From assembly GCA_965207445.1 (NCBI GenBank), contig CBDBLX010000002.1, forward strand, positions 96,001 to 160,000: a stretch of DNA of 64,000 nt, given 5' to 3'. The DNA is from Nitrosopumilus sp. (lineage in GTDB: Archaea > Thermoproteota > Nitrososphaeria > Nitrososphaerales > Nitrosopumilaceae). Under the pieces are notes generated by a model. That model did no database searches, was not told the DNA's origin, and saw only the letters and a program-made list of their open reading frames with translations. The translations under genes and the position numbers were made by a program. Of this stretch, positions 1 to 10,223 are shown one piece after another. The number at the start of each line of letters is the position of its first letter. Positions within the stretch are counted from its first letter, which is position 1.

Positions 1-1886
1 GTTATGGTCTCATTTACATTTAGAAATTCTGTTCTAATTCGCTTGGCGGCCTCTGCTAGATCAAAGCCGTGTGGTTCGATAATCGCATATATCACACAAT
101 GAGATATGATGGGTTCTGGGGGCCCACATATCAATATATAATCATCATTATGTTTGATAATTCCAACTGCCAATCGCAACGTTTGAGCACGAATCAAGTT
201 GCGTTGCCCCTGTATAGTAAATGATCCTTTTGGAAGAAATTGGCCTGTTGGTGCAGATTTTTTTACTTGGTCAGGATGCACCCAAAATGCACTCATGCCA
301 TACATTCCCTCTTTCCATGCCCTGCTAAAGCATACAGTTGCATGTGCGACCTCATTCATGCTTACATCAGAAGGCGATACGGCATCTTTGAGTATGAAAA
401 ATGGTGAGCCATGAACCTCTGCATGAAACACACGGTCATCTTTTGACATCTGCTTTCTAATAACAGCCGAGTTTGATGCAGCATCACGTCCGCCTACTGC
501 AAGGGAGCCATCAGATGTCAAGAACCATCTATACCTTTCAAACCAGCTCTTTTTGCGTATCTCAGAGGCTAGTTCATCGGCTTTGCTACGATCAGATTCG
601 GCAGTGTTTTGTAGTTTGGCAAGTTTGCGTTGTGCCTCTTGCATCGATTTTTGTATGGCAGGTGCCGCTTTTGCCTGATGCTTTGCCTCATCAAACAGTT
701 TGGATGCTACTGATTGTAGTGAGGTTTCCATGTTTACGTTTATTTTTTTATTATCAGATATTAAGATTAGATGCGCACCCTTTTCTTGAATTATACGAGC
801 GTTGCACTGTTCTAATGCAGGGGTTATTTGCGCATCTGACATTGACAGTACACCTTGAGACGCAAGGCTCATCAGTGATCGCGCCAATGCACTGATAGAC
901 TCTGATCGGTCCATTACAAGACGTATGGCTTTTTCTTGCTCGATAATCTTTGTCTGTAGATCTTTTATTCTAGTTGCAGAGTGTGATGTTTTGACATCTC
1001 TTGCCTTTCCAATTAATGATTCTGTGAATATTTTATCTAGTCCTGCCATAAAGGTCGACACAGACATTATTTTTTTACTAGATTCAGAGTCAGATGTATC
1101 TGGGATTATATCTTTGATTGGAATGGCCTCTGATTTGTCACCATCATATATTATGGCAGGTCTATGATTGCCATTTATGATATCAGAGACTAGTCTTTGA
1201 ATAGTAGAAAATATTGTATTTACTTGTTCTGTGTTTAGTTGTTGTCCGATAGTTCCAGATTTGATATTTGATATGTACAGTATGCCTTCTGCATATTTTT
1301 TTGGCAAGCCTAGTGAGCGGCCAATCCATCTTGCAACTGCCATATCAGTGTCCTGTAATTTGTTAAAATGATGCGCAGAGAGATTTAAAATATCAATTGT
1401 ATTTTCTGCATCATTACCAGAGATGGCGGGAGGTGGCATATACACAGATCCAACATTTAATGTTCTGTGTCTGACGTTTACTGAACGCATCAGTGCAAGT
1501 ATCTTCATATTTTGCTCATCACATAAGATTACATTACCATCACCGAATAATTCTACTACCAAGACGTAATGATTATCGAACCCTTCAAACGTAAGATAGA
1601 CAATACGCTCAGCACCTATCTGTTTAATACCCTCTAGTCTCATGCGCAAAAGGTTGCTTCGCAGACGCCGCTGCATCTTGTTTTCTTCTATCTGGCTTAG
1701 TTTAGTTGATGTTAACCATATGCCAAACACAGAGATCATTAAAAACAAGTCGTCTTTGGTGGTGTGATGTAGCTTGAAGAGTATACTGTCGCGTGTGATG
1801 CCATAGATGTTATTGACATAATAGCCGTCTAGTTGATCAGAGATATGATCTACAATAAAACGAAGTTCTATTCCAGCAAGGGCCAT
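1..1886 (-). CDS. Rqc2/RqcH (NFACT, fibronectin-binding-like) ribosome quality-control protein, 3' end runs off the window
   Basis: Minus-strand ORF from ATG 1886 (MALAGIELRFIVDHISDQLDGYYVNNIYGI...). It has LVVELFGDGNVILCD and the NFACT-R motifs WFERYRWFLTSDGSLAVGGRDAASN, VFHAEVHGSPFFILK and KSAPTGQFLPKGSFTI. Absent from the ORF track because it is truncated. Confidence 0.88.
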   Translation of the reverse strand, partial: MALAGIELRFIVDHISDQLDGYYVNNIYGITRDSILFKLHHTTKDDLFLMISVFGIWLTSTKLSQIEENKMQRRLRSNLLRMRLEGIKQIGAERIVYLTFEGFDNHYVLVVELFGDGNVILCDEQNMKILALMRSVNVRHRTLNVGSVYMPPPAISGNDAENTIDILNLSAHHFNKLQDTDMAVARWIGRSLGLPKKYAEGILYISNIKSGTIGQQLNTEQVNTIFSTIQRLVSDIINGNHRPAIIYDGDKSEAIPIKDIIPDTSDSESSKKIMSVSTFMAGLDKIFTESLIGKARDVKTSHSATRIKDLQTKIIEQEKAIRLVMDRSESISALARSLMSLASQGVLSMSDAQITPALEQCNARIIQEKGAHLILISDNKKINVNMETSLQSVASKLFDEAKHQAKAAPAIQKSMQEAQRKLAKLQNTAESDRSKADELASEIRKKSWFERYRWFLTSDGSLAVGGRDAASNSAVIRKQMSKDDRVFHAEVHGSPFFILKDAVSPSDVSMNEVAHATVCFSRAWKEGMYGMSAFWVHPDQVKKSAPTGQFLPKGSFTIQGQRNLIRAQTLRLAVGIIKHNDDYILICGPPEPIISHCVIYAIIEPHGFDLAEAAKRIRTEFLNVNETI

Positions 1887-2196
1887 TATAATATTCGTAA
1901 TATACGTAAATTAAACTCCTTGCCAATTATGATTATCTGCTAGACTGTCAGTCCAGTCACTTGCAAACACGTCTCCAAACAAGCCTGATATTTGTTATAT
2001 TTGCATAATAAAATTAAAAGTTTGAAACGAGTTTGCAGAGATGACAAGTACTCAGTCTAATCCCAAAAACATGTCACAGCATATTTGGTCCAATTTTGGT
2101 ATCACATGTGATATTACGATCAGATGTAGATGATTAAAAATAGTTAAACAACACAAAAGGTATTAAACAAGGCATAGGGAATACACGCTAGATTAC

Positions 2197-2694
2197 TTGG
2201 CAAAATTCAAAAAGAGAAAATCAAATCCGACGGTAACAAAAGACGGCAAAACCACAAAACAAGACACGTCTGATATACCACCTACTGAACATGTAGATGA
2301 TGAACGTCCAACAGTAAGGCCACCACCAGGGCCTCCTCCACCACCCATTGATCCACCATTCTCAGAGGCAGAAAGGAGTGAAAAAGACCGCAAGCTCAAC
2401 CAACTGTTCTGGTTGCGCATAATAGTTTCAGTTTCAGCAGGAATAGCTGCCACATTTGTCTTTGAGGGTATTGAGGGAGAAGAACGGAGATGGGCATCTA
2501 TTGCATTTATGATTATACTGTTTATTGCCACGATCATAGTAGCAAAGAGCATGAAGATGCAGCTGCCATCATCTGATAGAAAAAAGATCGTCACACAAGC
2601 ACTTGGCAGCTACGTATTTTTGTATTTGTTCACTTGGATTGTATCATATACTCTAGTGAACCTGGAGAATGTACAAAATGGAATCAATCTCTAA
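2197..2694 (+). CDS. Conserved thaumarchaeal membrane protein (Pro-rich linker, 3 TM helices)
   Basis: 165-aa ORF with a TTG start, three hydrophobic segments, overlapping cbiT. Confidence 0.7.
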   Translation: MAKFKKRKSNPTVTKDGKTTKQDTSDIPPTEHVDDERPTVRPPPGPPPPPIDPPFSEAERSEKDRKLNQLFWLRIIVSVSAGIAATFVFEGIEGEERRWASIAFMIILFIATIIVAKSMKMQLPSSDRKKIVTQALGSYVFLYLFTWIVSYTLVNLENVQNGINL

Positions 2695-3355
2695 AAAGAT
2701 TCCAAAAGAGGCAATAGGGAATCACACTTACTGGGGTTCGATGTCACCTGGTATTCCTGATGAGTACTTTGAGAGGACAGAAAATGTTCCCATCACAAAA
2801 CAAGAGATACGTAGTATAATCATCAACAGAGCAAGACTCCATTCGGGTAATTGCATATTGGAGGTAGGAAGTGGTTCGGGTTCTGTCACAGTCGAGGTTG
2901 CAATTCAACTAGGCCAAAAAGGAATCGTCACAACAATTGATCATGATAAAAATGCAGTTAAACTTACAAAAAAGAACCTAGCAAGATTTGGATTTGATTA
3001 CATGACAAAAATAGTACATGGTGATGCAGTAGATGTAATAATAAAAAAAGAAGAAGAAGAAGAACCAGTAACAAAGTACCAAGCAGTAATTATTGGTGGG
3101 ACGGGAGGAGACACTGCAAATATCATAAAGGCGTGCTCTGATCAATTGATCAAAGGTGGTCGAATGGTAATCAGTACAATACAGATAGAGACACTAAGCG
3201 CAGTACTAGACACATTATACAACATGCAATTCAAAGAGATAGATGTGACACAAGCTACCATATCAAAGAGTCGTAAGACATCAAGTGGCACCATGATGCT
3301 TGCTCGAAATCCAGTCACAATAGTATCTGCGACTCAAAATTCAGATACTAGTTAA
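2678..3355 (+). CDS. cbiT: Cobalt-precorrin-6B C15-methyltransferase (decarboxylating)
   Basis: PGIPDEYF..TKQEIR, SAM motif EVGSGSGS, C-terminal MLARNPVTI. Confidence 0.9.
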   Translation: MESISKKIPKEAIGNHTYWGSMSPGIPDEYFERTENVPITKQEIRSIIINRARLHSGNCILEVGSGSGSVTVEVAIQLGQKGIVTTIDHDKNAVKLTKKNLARFGFDYMTKIVHGDAVDVIIKKEEEEEPVTKYQAVIIGGTGGDTANIIKACSDQLIKGGRMVISTIQIETLSAVLDTLYNMQFKEIDVTQATISKSRKTSSGTMMLARNPVTIVSATQNSDTS

Positions 3356-3477
3356 GATGAGATTAAGAATATCAGGTTCTGGTGCGATCATAGTGTTGCG
3401 ATCATAGTGTTGCCAATCAAATGTGCATTAACATTAGATTAATTTAGATTAAAAATAGGTTGCCACACACCAACATT

Positions 3478-4221
3478 ATGGCAGGTTTGATAGGAATAGG
3501 TGTAGGTCCTGGTGATGCAGAGTTATTGACCATCAAGGCAGTGCGCGCAATACACAATGCAGATATTATCATGTGTCCAGCATCTGCACCTGACAGAGAC
3601 AGTATAGCATATTCTATCGTCTCAGATGTGATAAATGACAATCCGACTCAAAAAAAAAATAAACAGCAAAAAGTTATAAAATTGATTTTCCCAATGACAA
3701 AAGATCGCAACATATTAGAAGAGACATGGCGTCGTAACGCAGAGATCATGGCTCAAACAGTAGCAACAGGTAAGAATATTGTATATTTGACAGTCGGCGA
3801 TCCGTATCTGTACAGTACATGGATATACATGCACAGGCACTTGCGCGCCAAGTATCCAGATATGAGCATATCAGTAATACCGGGTATCGTGTCAATGTTT
3901 TCGTTTGCATCAAAGGTAGGAGTCAGTGTCGCAGAAGGAGCAGAGAAAGTGGCAGTAATTCCTTCTTGTTATGATATGGCAGGCGTCAAAGAGATAGCTA
4001 GACATGCAGAATCAATGATATTTCTCAAAGATGGCAGATACTTTGATCAAGTGATACAAGTATTACGTGAGTCTGGATTTGGTCCAAAGTCGATATTTGC
4101 AATAGGTCAATCACTAGGAACAGAACAAGAGGTAATACAAAAGATGACATTAGATGAGGTAGACGATGCAGATTTAGGCTCAAGATACTTTTCGATATTG
4201 GTGGTCAAGCGTGTCAACTAA
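3478..4221 (+). CDS. cbiL: Precorrin-2 C20-methyltransferase
   Basis: GIGVGPGDAELLTIKA, LIFPMTKD, GDPYLYST, IPGIVS. Confidence 0.9.
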   Translation: MAGLIGIGVGPGDAELLTIKAVRAIHNADIIMCPASAPDRDSIAYSIVSDVINDNPTQKKNKQQKVIKLIFPMTKDRNILEETWRRNAEIMAQTVATGKNIVYLTVGDPYLYSTWIYMHRHLRAKYPDMSISVIPGIVSMFSFASKVGVSVAEGAEKVAVIPSCYDMAGVKEIARHAESMIFLKDGRYFDQVIQVLRESGFGPKSIFAIGQSLGTEQEVIQKMTLDEVDDADLGSRYFSILVVKRVN

Positions 4222-4990
4222 TAAAAAAGAGGTATATTTTGTTGGGTGCGGTCCAGGCGATCCTGAACTAGTCACGATAAAGGCGCAAAAACTGATCAAA
4301 AGTGCCGATGTTATAGTGTACTCTGGCTCATTGATTCCACCACAGATCATCGCAATGGCAAAAAAAACGGCAGAATTGCATGATGCAGCAAAGATGATAA
4401 GAGAAGAGATATTCGATACGTTATACCAAAGTGCAATTAAATGTAAGATTGTGTTGCGTCTGCACGACGGTGATCCTGCTATATATGGTGCCATCAAAGA
4501 ACAGATTGATGCATTACATAAAAAAGAGATACAAACCAAAATCATACCAGGCGTCACATCATTTTTAGCATCAGCGGCTGCTTTGGGTACACAACTCACA
4601 CTACCAGGTGTCACACAGACTATGATAATCACCAGAGCCGAATCACGCACCAAAGTACCAGATGCCGAATCCATATCAAAGTTAGCAGCGCACAAGGCAA
4701 CTATGATATTTTATCTTAGTGTACACTTATTAGATGAGATTGTATCAGAATCCATCAAGGGGGGTTACAAAAGTACTACGCCTGTTGCTGTGATATATCG
4801 TGCAAGTTGGGACGATCAAAAAGTGATTAAAAGTACATTAAATGACATTAAACAGAAAACAAAGGATGCGCACATTACGAAAACTGCAATTGTAATTATC
4901 GGTGACGTGATAAATCCAGAGTCGTACGAATATTCTAGACTGTATGACAAAGAGTTTAGCCACGGATATAGAAAGGCAATAAAAAATTAA
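4211..4990 (+). CDS. cbiF: Precorrin-4 C11-methyltransferase
   Basis: VYFVGCGPGDPEL, RLHDGDPAIYGA, C-terminal SRLYDKEFSHGYRK. Confidence 0.92.
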   Translation: MSTNKKEVYFVGCGPGDPELVTIKAQKLIKSADVIVYSGSLIPPQIIAMAKKTAELHDAAKMIREEIFDTLYQSAIKCKIVLRLHDGDPAIYGAIKEQIDALHKKEIQTKIIPGVTSFLASAAALGTQLTLPGVTQTMIITRAESRTKVPDAESISKLAAHKATMIFYLSVHLLDEIVSESIKGGYKSTTPVAVIYRASWDDQKVIKSTLNDIKQKTKDAHITKTAIVIIGDVINPESYEYSRLYDKEFSHGYRKAIKN

Positions 4991-5208
4991 ATCGTACACA
5001 AACCCTCACATGACACATGATTAATTTATTATTTTAAAAACAGTAACGATAGTCTAGTTATCATAAATAGAAACAATTTTTCCCACCTACAAATATTCAT
5101 TGTAAGTTAAAAATCTACATAAAAAATTATGATTCAATATAATCATAATCAGTATCATAATCATAATCAGTATCGTAATCATAATAATCAAAATTATAAC
5201 AATAATAA

Positions 5209-5994
5209 TCAAAATTTTTGCACAGTTTCAATAATTCCAAGTTTCCTCAAATTATCTTGCAGTATGTCATAATTACCAGTAGCATATATCTCTAAACTAC
5301 CCTTGTCTGATTTTTTATACGGATATTTTATGGATATTAATTCTGCCACATTGCGTGCAGGATTTAAAAATTTTACAAGAGGAAATTCTTTTTGCAATAG
5401 TGGTGACAAAAACGGTAAATGTGTACTAGACAGTGTCATGGTATCAATATCATACTTGGATATGACAGGTGTCAATGTCTGACGTATTAAAACACGGCAC
5501 GACTGCACACATTTCAAAAACAAGCCAGACTCTACTGCATCAACAAGTACAGATGCATCGATTCGATGAACTGTAATGTTGCGTATATCATGCAGTGTAT
5601 ATTTTTTGATCAGTTGATCTAATCCTGCACTCTTTATACTAGATGCTGTTGCAAGTATACCAATGTTGCAAGTCTGAGATAGTTTGATGGCACTCTCAAG
5701 TGGAGGCCTCACGCCCATCACATACACACCTTTGCAGTATCCATCATCAATACCCAAGACCATAGTAGGTGTATTTGAAGCAATTACAATCACGTCAGGA
5801 TCAAAACGTTCTTTGATATTTTGTATAGTGGTGTGTATGATCTGCTCTAGTTGCTCTTTTGATTTTATGCCATATGGAAAGTTCATTGTATCAGCAAGAT
5901 AGATGATCTCGCTTGTTTTGTTCATCTTTTGTAGCTCTCTTATCACCGATAATGAGCCTAAACCAGAGTCAAAAACCACAATTCTAGCCACCAC
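5209..5994 (-). CDS. Glutamate racemase (MurI)-family protein with both catalytic Cys replaced by Ser
   Basis: FDSGLGSLSV and DTMNFPYG are present. ASNT stands where ACNT is expected and LSSTH where LGCTH is expected. Confidence 0.8.
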   Translation of the reverse strand: MVARIVVFDSGLGSLSVIRELQKMNKTSEIIYLADTMNFPYGIKSKEQLEQIIHTTIQNIKERFDPDVIVIASNTPTMVLGIDDGYCKGVYVMGVRPPLESAIKLSQTCNIGILATASSIKSAGLDQLIKKYTLHDIRNITVHRIDASVLVDAVESGLFLKCVQSCRVLIRQTLTPVISKYDIDTMTLSSTHLPFLSPLLQKEFPLVKFLNPARNVAELISIKYPYKKSDKGSLEIYATGNYDILQDNLRKLGIIETVQKF

Positions 5995-6082
5995 AATTAG
6001 TGAATTTGGTTTGAATAATTTAGTTTTTTAGCCAAAAAAAACTGACTAGCGTCGTTAAGTACAAACTTTATGACAAGGTATT

Positions 6083-6742
6083 ATGGCAAGTAACTTCGAC
6101 AAAAACTGGGCTAGACCAGACACCCGAAGTGTAGCTGACAAGTTTCGTGATGCTACAAGGCCGCAGGGCCCGCTCAAGCCTCGAATCCAGACTGCAGTTA
6201 ATGGGTTGCAAGTTCAGATCACAAAGATGGACAGCATGCTCAAGAAACTTGGTGAAAAGGATCAAAAGCTATTTCAGCGGGTCGTCGCAGCCATGCAGCA
6301 GCATGACAGTGCAGCTAGTAGGGTTTACTCTAACGAGTTAGCAGAGGTACGTAAAGTTACAAAGATGCTAAGCAATATGAGGATGGCACTCGAGCAGAGC
6401 CAACTCAGACTGACCACCGTTCATGACTTGGGCGACGCCATGGTAGCACTCCAGCCGGCAATGTCCACTATGAAGGGACTAAAGTCATCGCTTGGAAAGT
6501 TCATGCCAGAGGCCGATTCAGAGCTCAATGCAATGACGCAGACGCTCAATGGTCTTATGATGGACTCACTTGCAGGCGACTCTTTTGGTATGGAATCAGA
6601 TGTATCCAACGAAGAGACAGAAGAGATATTGCGACAAGCATCGGCAGTTGCAGAGCAGCAGACCGCTCAGCAGTTCCCATCTGTACCTTCGACTACAGGA
6701 TCTTCGTCCCAGATGACAAGCACATCAAACTTTGTTCCGTAA
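6083..6742 (+). CDS. cdvB: ESCRT-III/Snf7-family cell division protein (CdvB paralogue)
   Basis: PLKPRI...ELAEVRKVTKML..MALEQ..LRLTTVHDLGD, acidic C-terminus ending FPSVP. Confidence 0.85.
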   Translation: MASNFDKNWARPDTRSVADKFRDATRPQGPLKPRIQTAVNGLQVQITKMDSMLKKLGEKDQKLFQRVVAAMQQHDSAASRVYSNELAEVRKVTKMLSNMRMALEQSQLRLTTVHDLGDAMVALQPAMSTMKGLKSSLGKFMPEADSELNAMTQTLNGLMMDSLAGDSFGMESDVSNEETEEILRQASAVAEQQTAQQFPSVPSTTGSSSQMTSTSNFVP

Positions 6743-6858
6743 TAGGAACAAGTATTTTTCTTTTTTATTATTTTTATGTTATGATCATAAATTGTAATTA
6801 TATGTATTAATATTAAATATACATTTATTATGATTCATAAATATATAATGACAAAAAA

Positions 6859-8031
6859 TTATTCCCAAACATTTTCACGAAATGTGAGTTTTTTGTTGAG
6901 TATAAAGTTACTAAATGCGCCTATAGTAATTGCAATGAATAGTGCAAATGGATATGACATACCATATGTGTCCACCAACCAGTACACAACGCCAAGTTGA
7001 ACAGCAGCACCTAGTGAGCTGAAGACTGCAAATCGGCCATACTGCGATAGTGTTCTTCGGAGTCCAAAGTCGGGATCCTCAAATGTCCATATTTTGTTGA
7101 GTATAAAGTTAGTTGAGAGTGACGTTATGATTCCAAGCACGTTTGCCTGAAGATACCAAAAGTCAGCAACGCCAGATGTGAATAGTGTCGACACCAAATA
7201 ATTGATTAAAAATCCTGATGCGCCTACCGTAAAGAATCGGGCAGCCTTTGAGAAGAACCTTACTGACTTTCGTTTTTCTGTAGGTTCATCTCGTAATTTT
7301 TTACTCTTGTATAGCTTCCATACAGCATGCATATATTCGACGCCCGTCTTGTATATGGATGCGTCTAGTTTACTCTCACCTAATTTACGATTCACAAATG
7401 TATACGGTATCTCTTTGACAGTAATGGTTTTGTCTGCCTTTACTAGTAACTCTAACAAAAATTTATACCCCAAGGCATCAAATGTCAGACCATTTATGAT
7501 ATTTCGCTTAAATACAAAGAATCCTGACATAGGGTCCTTTGTCTTTACACGCAATCCTAGTTTGGCAATCATAGCACCACACTTGCTTATGATCTTGCGC
7601 TTCATAGTCCAGCCATATGTATTGCCACCTTGCACATATCTTGAGGCAATAACTAAATCACATTGGTACTGTTTGATAGTCTCTAAGAGACGCGGTATGA
7701 CTTGAGGGGGGTGTGAGAAATCAGAGTCCATCACTACAATAATGTCTGCTTTTGCATTTTGAATGCCATTTAGTATCGCAGATGCAAGCCCACCCTGTTT
7801 TGCTTTACGATGTATTATATTGACAGTATCCTTTGCAAATTTTCTTACATTTTGGATATAATCATCTACCATACGACCCGTTCCATCAGGTGAATTGTCA
7901 TCTACGACAATGGTCTCTGCTAGAATGCCTTTTGGTATATTTTCACGTATTGACTTTAGTATTGATATGATGTTTTGTGACTCATTGTATGTTGGAAGTA
8001 TTATCGATACTTGTGGGGAGGAAGTGGTCAT
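6859..8031 (-). CDS. GT2 polyprenol-phosphate mannosyltransferase with C-terminal GtrA domain
   Basis: ILPTYNE, VDDNSPDGT, MDSDFSHPP, DPMSGFF, then a GtrA-like 4-TM region (RFFTVGASG...NFILNKIWTF). Confidence 0.88.
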   Translation of the reverse strand: MTTSSPQVSIILPTYNESQNIISILKSIRENIPKGILAETIVVDDNSPDGTGRMVDDYIQNVRKFAKDTVNIIHRKAKQGGLASAILNGIQNAKADIIVVMDSDFSHPPQVIPRLLETIKQYQCDLVIASRYVQGGNTYGWTMKRKIISKCGAMIAKLGLRVKTKDPMSGFFVFKRNIINGLTFDALGYKFLLELLVKADKTITVKEIPYTFVNRKLGESKLDASIYKTGVEYMHAVWKLYKSKKLRDEPTEKRKSVRFFSKAARFFTVGASGFLINYLVSTLFTSGVADFWYLQANVLGIITSLSTNFILNKIWTFEDPDFGLRRTLSQYGRFAVFSSLGAAVQLGVVYWLVDTYGMSYPFALFIAITIGAFSNFILNKKLTFRENVWE

Positions 8032-8093
8032 TGTATACTAGTTTACATGAATGAATATAAGGGTAATAGATGATCAAGTTAGACTCAATATGA

Positions 8094-8161
8094 CGTAAGC
8101 GTTCAGGTCTAATTATTGATGATCATAGGCAGGCACGCCTGCATGGGTCAATTAATGATAT
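8094..8161 (+). repeat. Inverted repeat A, left copy (IS66/ISBst12-like terminus GTAAGCGTTCAG)
   Basis: 68 bp with 4 mismatches to the reverse complement of 11435-11502. Confidence 0.85.
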
Positions 8162-8171
8162 TGCAGAGGAT

Positions 8172-8589
8172 AACTATGACAAACTGGTTAACTGCAAAAA
8201 AGTCATTATTGTTAATTTTTTTACTGTCAAACTCAGAGTCACACCTTTCTAGACCGTTCACCTGATTCCGTTTTGACAAAAACATCCACACCATCAACCA
8301 ACATTTTGTAAAATGACTCGTTGTCAACAATTGACTGATGTGACGAGTTTCAAAGCACCTACCTTATCGCATCCTCTATTGAAGTCTCTGGGATGTTTGG
8401 GTTGATTCGCTGCAGTGCCACCCGCAGCCTACCTGTCAAAACTACCGACTGGTAATCATCGCGCAGTGCAAAAGAAGGTCCACCAGTCGGGTATTCTTCA
8501 TTACTCCCACGTATTATTTCATAACCAAGTGTCTCTAGCACGGATAAAGCATGTTCCTCCACATCTGATTCTGAAATTTGATTTATCAT
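8172..8589 (-). pseudogene. hsdR: Type I restriction subunit HsdR, N-terminal remnant
   Basis: MINQISESDVEEHAL..LGY..VVLTGRLRVALQRINP..IEDAIR*VL*...NESFYKMLVDGV...FDSKKINNNDFFAVNQF. It has in-frame stops and is truncated at repeat A. Its ATG overlaps the hsdS stop (ATGA). Confidence 0.85.
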
Positions 8590-10214
8590 TTCTGGGCCAT
8601 CGTTTGGATTCTAATTTTTCCTGACAAGAGTTTTGGTAACAGCATGTCGCGTATGTTTGTTAATGATCTAGATGTGTATGTATTAGTCCTTATACATTTA
8701 TCGTATGCTGACAAATGTGTTTCAAATTGATGAATTAAATTGATAGGTGGTTCAACTGTCAATATATTTTCAAGTTGTTTTTTAGTAACAGCACCAAATA
8801 CAGTACCCATTGATTCGTATTGTTTTAGATCCTTTTGTAATGACCACATGTAATAATATGTAAATGATCTTGAATTTGTTTTATGTCTAATTGCTACAAT
8901 TCCTCTCCCTATACAACATGTTTCCCAAGCCATGTTTATTGCTCCAACAGGAGCTCTAACACTGATCAATGTATCATCTGTATGCACAATACAAGTGGGT
9001 TCTGTACAATATTTTCGATTTGTAGGGTATCTTAACCCAAAATCAGCACTACCTTGAAAGAATGGCAGTCCATTTTGTTCATCATTATATGTGTCGCTTG
9101 GTGGCGATTGGCCCATAACTAAATCAAAACAGTTTTCAAGCACATTTGTTTTCCACCCTTCTGGAATCATGCCTAGTTCTGAATCGACCAATGTATCTGG
9201 AAATAAATCATAGGCAGTTGATGGCAATCCTGGAAGTGATTGTCCTCGTTTCCAGCGCCCATCCATCTTGGCACGAACAGGCTCAAAATTTACAAACCAT
9301 GACTTGAACAACCTACGTGCAATTCTCTCCATGGTTTGGTTCATTTTGTTGTTTAATTCTATTTTAGAGTCAAGGTCAGAAAGAATTTTGGCAATTGCAT
9401 TTTGTTCTTGTATTAACGGTATGGTAATATTTATTTTTTTAAATATATCATTTTTAACTCTCTGTCTATCAGAAGTTCCAGTCATAGATTTTATAGCAAT
9501 ATCTCGCACCATAGTAGTTCTAGATAAATAATAAACAAAAATGGAATCAAGACGTTTATCTTTGGGCGCCAATATTATGAATTCCGTTGAACCCGCTCCA
9601 ATTTCATCTTTATCTAAAAAATCCACATAAGCGGTTTTTCCGTTTTCTAAACTTGGAGTAATTCGTGCAAAGAGAATATCACCATTTTGAAATTTTGATC
9701 CACTTGAGTAATTTTTTATTGTGTAATTTGAAATTTTTCGAGTAAAGGGTTTAAGATTTTCCATACTAACAAATTTCACAATGGTGTCTTTTTTTAAATT
9801 TCTTTTAGGGTCAATGTCAATCACATCACTAAATACTGCATGGATCCAGTTTTTTGGAGTAAATGTAGTTTCATTGGATTGTATTTTTGAGTTATTATTT
9901 TGGTTAGCAAACAGCAATGGTATTTTTTGTGCATTTATAATTTTTTTAAAGTTACTACTAATCGTTCTAAGATCAACAATATCTACAGTGTAAGGAAGAT
10001 TCGAATCATCAAACTCAATACTCATGTTTATCATAACATCATAGTCAATAGGTTGGGTACCCTCCACTGCAAGATCCAAATCGGATCCATCATGCGTGGT
10101 CCATTTTGCTCTGCTTCCAAACACCCAAACTCGTGTATTAGGTAGTAGGTACTTACGCAGTATGTCCAATATTATTTCCAATGAATCAGGACTAATATCA
10201 ATTGGATTTGGCAA
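8586..10214 (-). CDS. hsdS: Fusion of minimal nucleotidyltransferase (MNT antitoxin) and type I specificity subunit HsdS
   Basis: N-terminal ~100 aa contain FGSRAKWTTHDGSDLD (GS-X10-DXD) and LPYTVDIVDL. Two TRDs follow, with conserved helices PLIQEQNAIAKILSDLDSKIELN, IPEGW and RDMLLPKLLSGKIRI. Confidence 0.9.
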   Translation of the reverse strand: MPNPIDISPDSLEIILDILRKYLLPNTRVWVFGSRAKWTTHDGSDLDLAVEGTQPIDYDVMINMSIEFDDSNLPYTVDIVDLRTISSNFKKIINAQKIPLLFANQNNNSKIQSNETTFTPKNWIHAVFSDVIDIDPKRNLKKDTIVKFVSMENLKPFTRKISNYTIKNYSSGSKFQNGDILFARITPSLENGKTAYVDFLDKDEIGAGSTEFIILAPKDKRLDSIFVYYLSRTTMVRDIAIKSMTGTSDRQRVKNDIFKKINITIPLIQEQNAIAKILSDLDSKIELNNKMNQTMERIARRLFKSWFVNFEPVRAKMDGRWKRGQSLPGLPSTAYDLFPDTLVDSELGMIPEGWKTNVLENCFDLVMGQSPPSDTYNDEQNGLPFFQGSADFGLRYPTNRKYCTEPTCIVHTDDTLISVRAPVGAINMAWETCCIGRGIVAIRHKTNSRSFTYYYMWSLQKDLKQYESMGTVFGAVTKKQLENILTVEPPINLIHQFETHLSAYDKCIRTNTYTSRSLTNIRDMLLPKLLSGKIRIQTMAQK

Positions 10215-10223
10215 GTAAATTAT

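Noticed and set aside
199..1167. Plus-strand ORFs 199-414, 473-895, 925-1167 and similar short antisense ORFs across the window
   Set aside because: They are shadows of well-supported genes on the opposite strand or in another frame.
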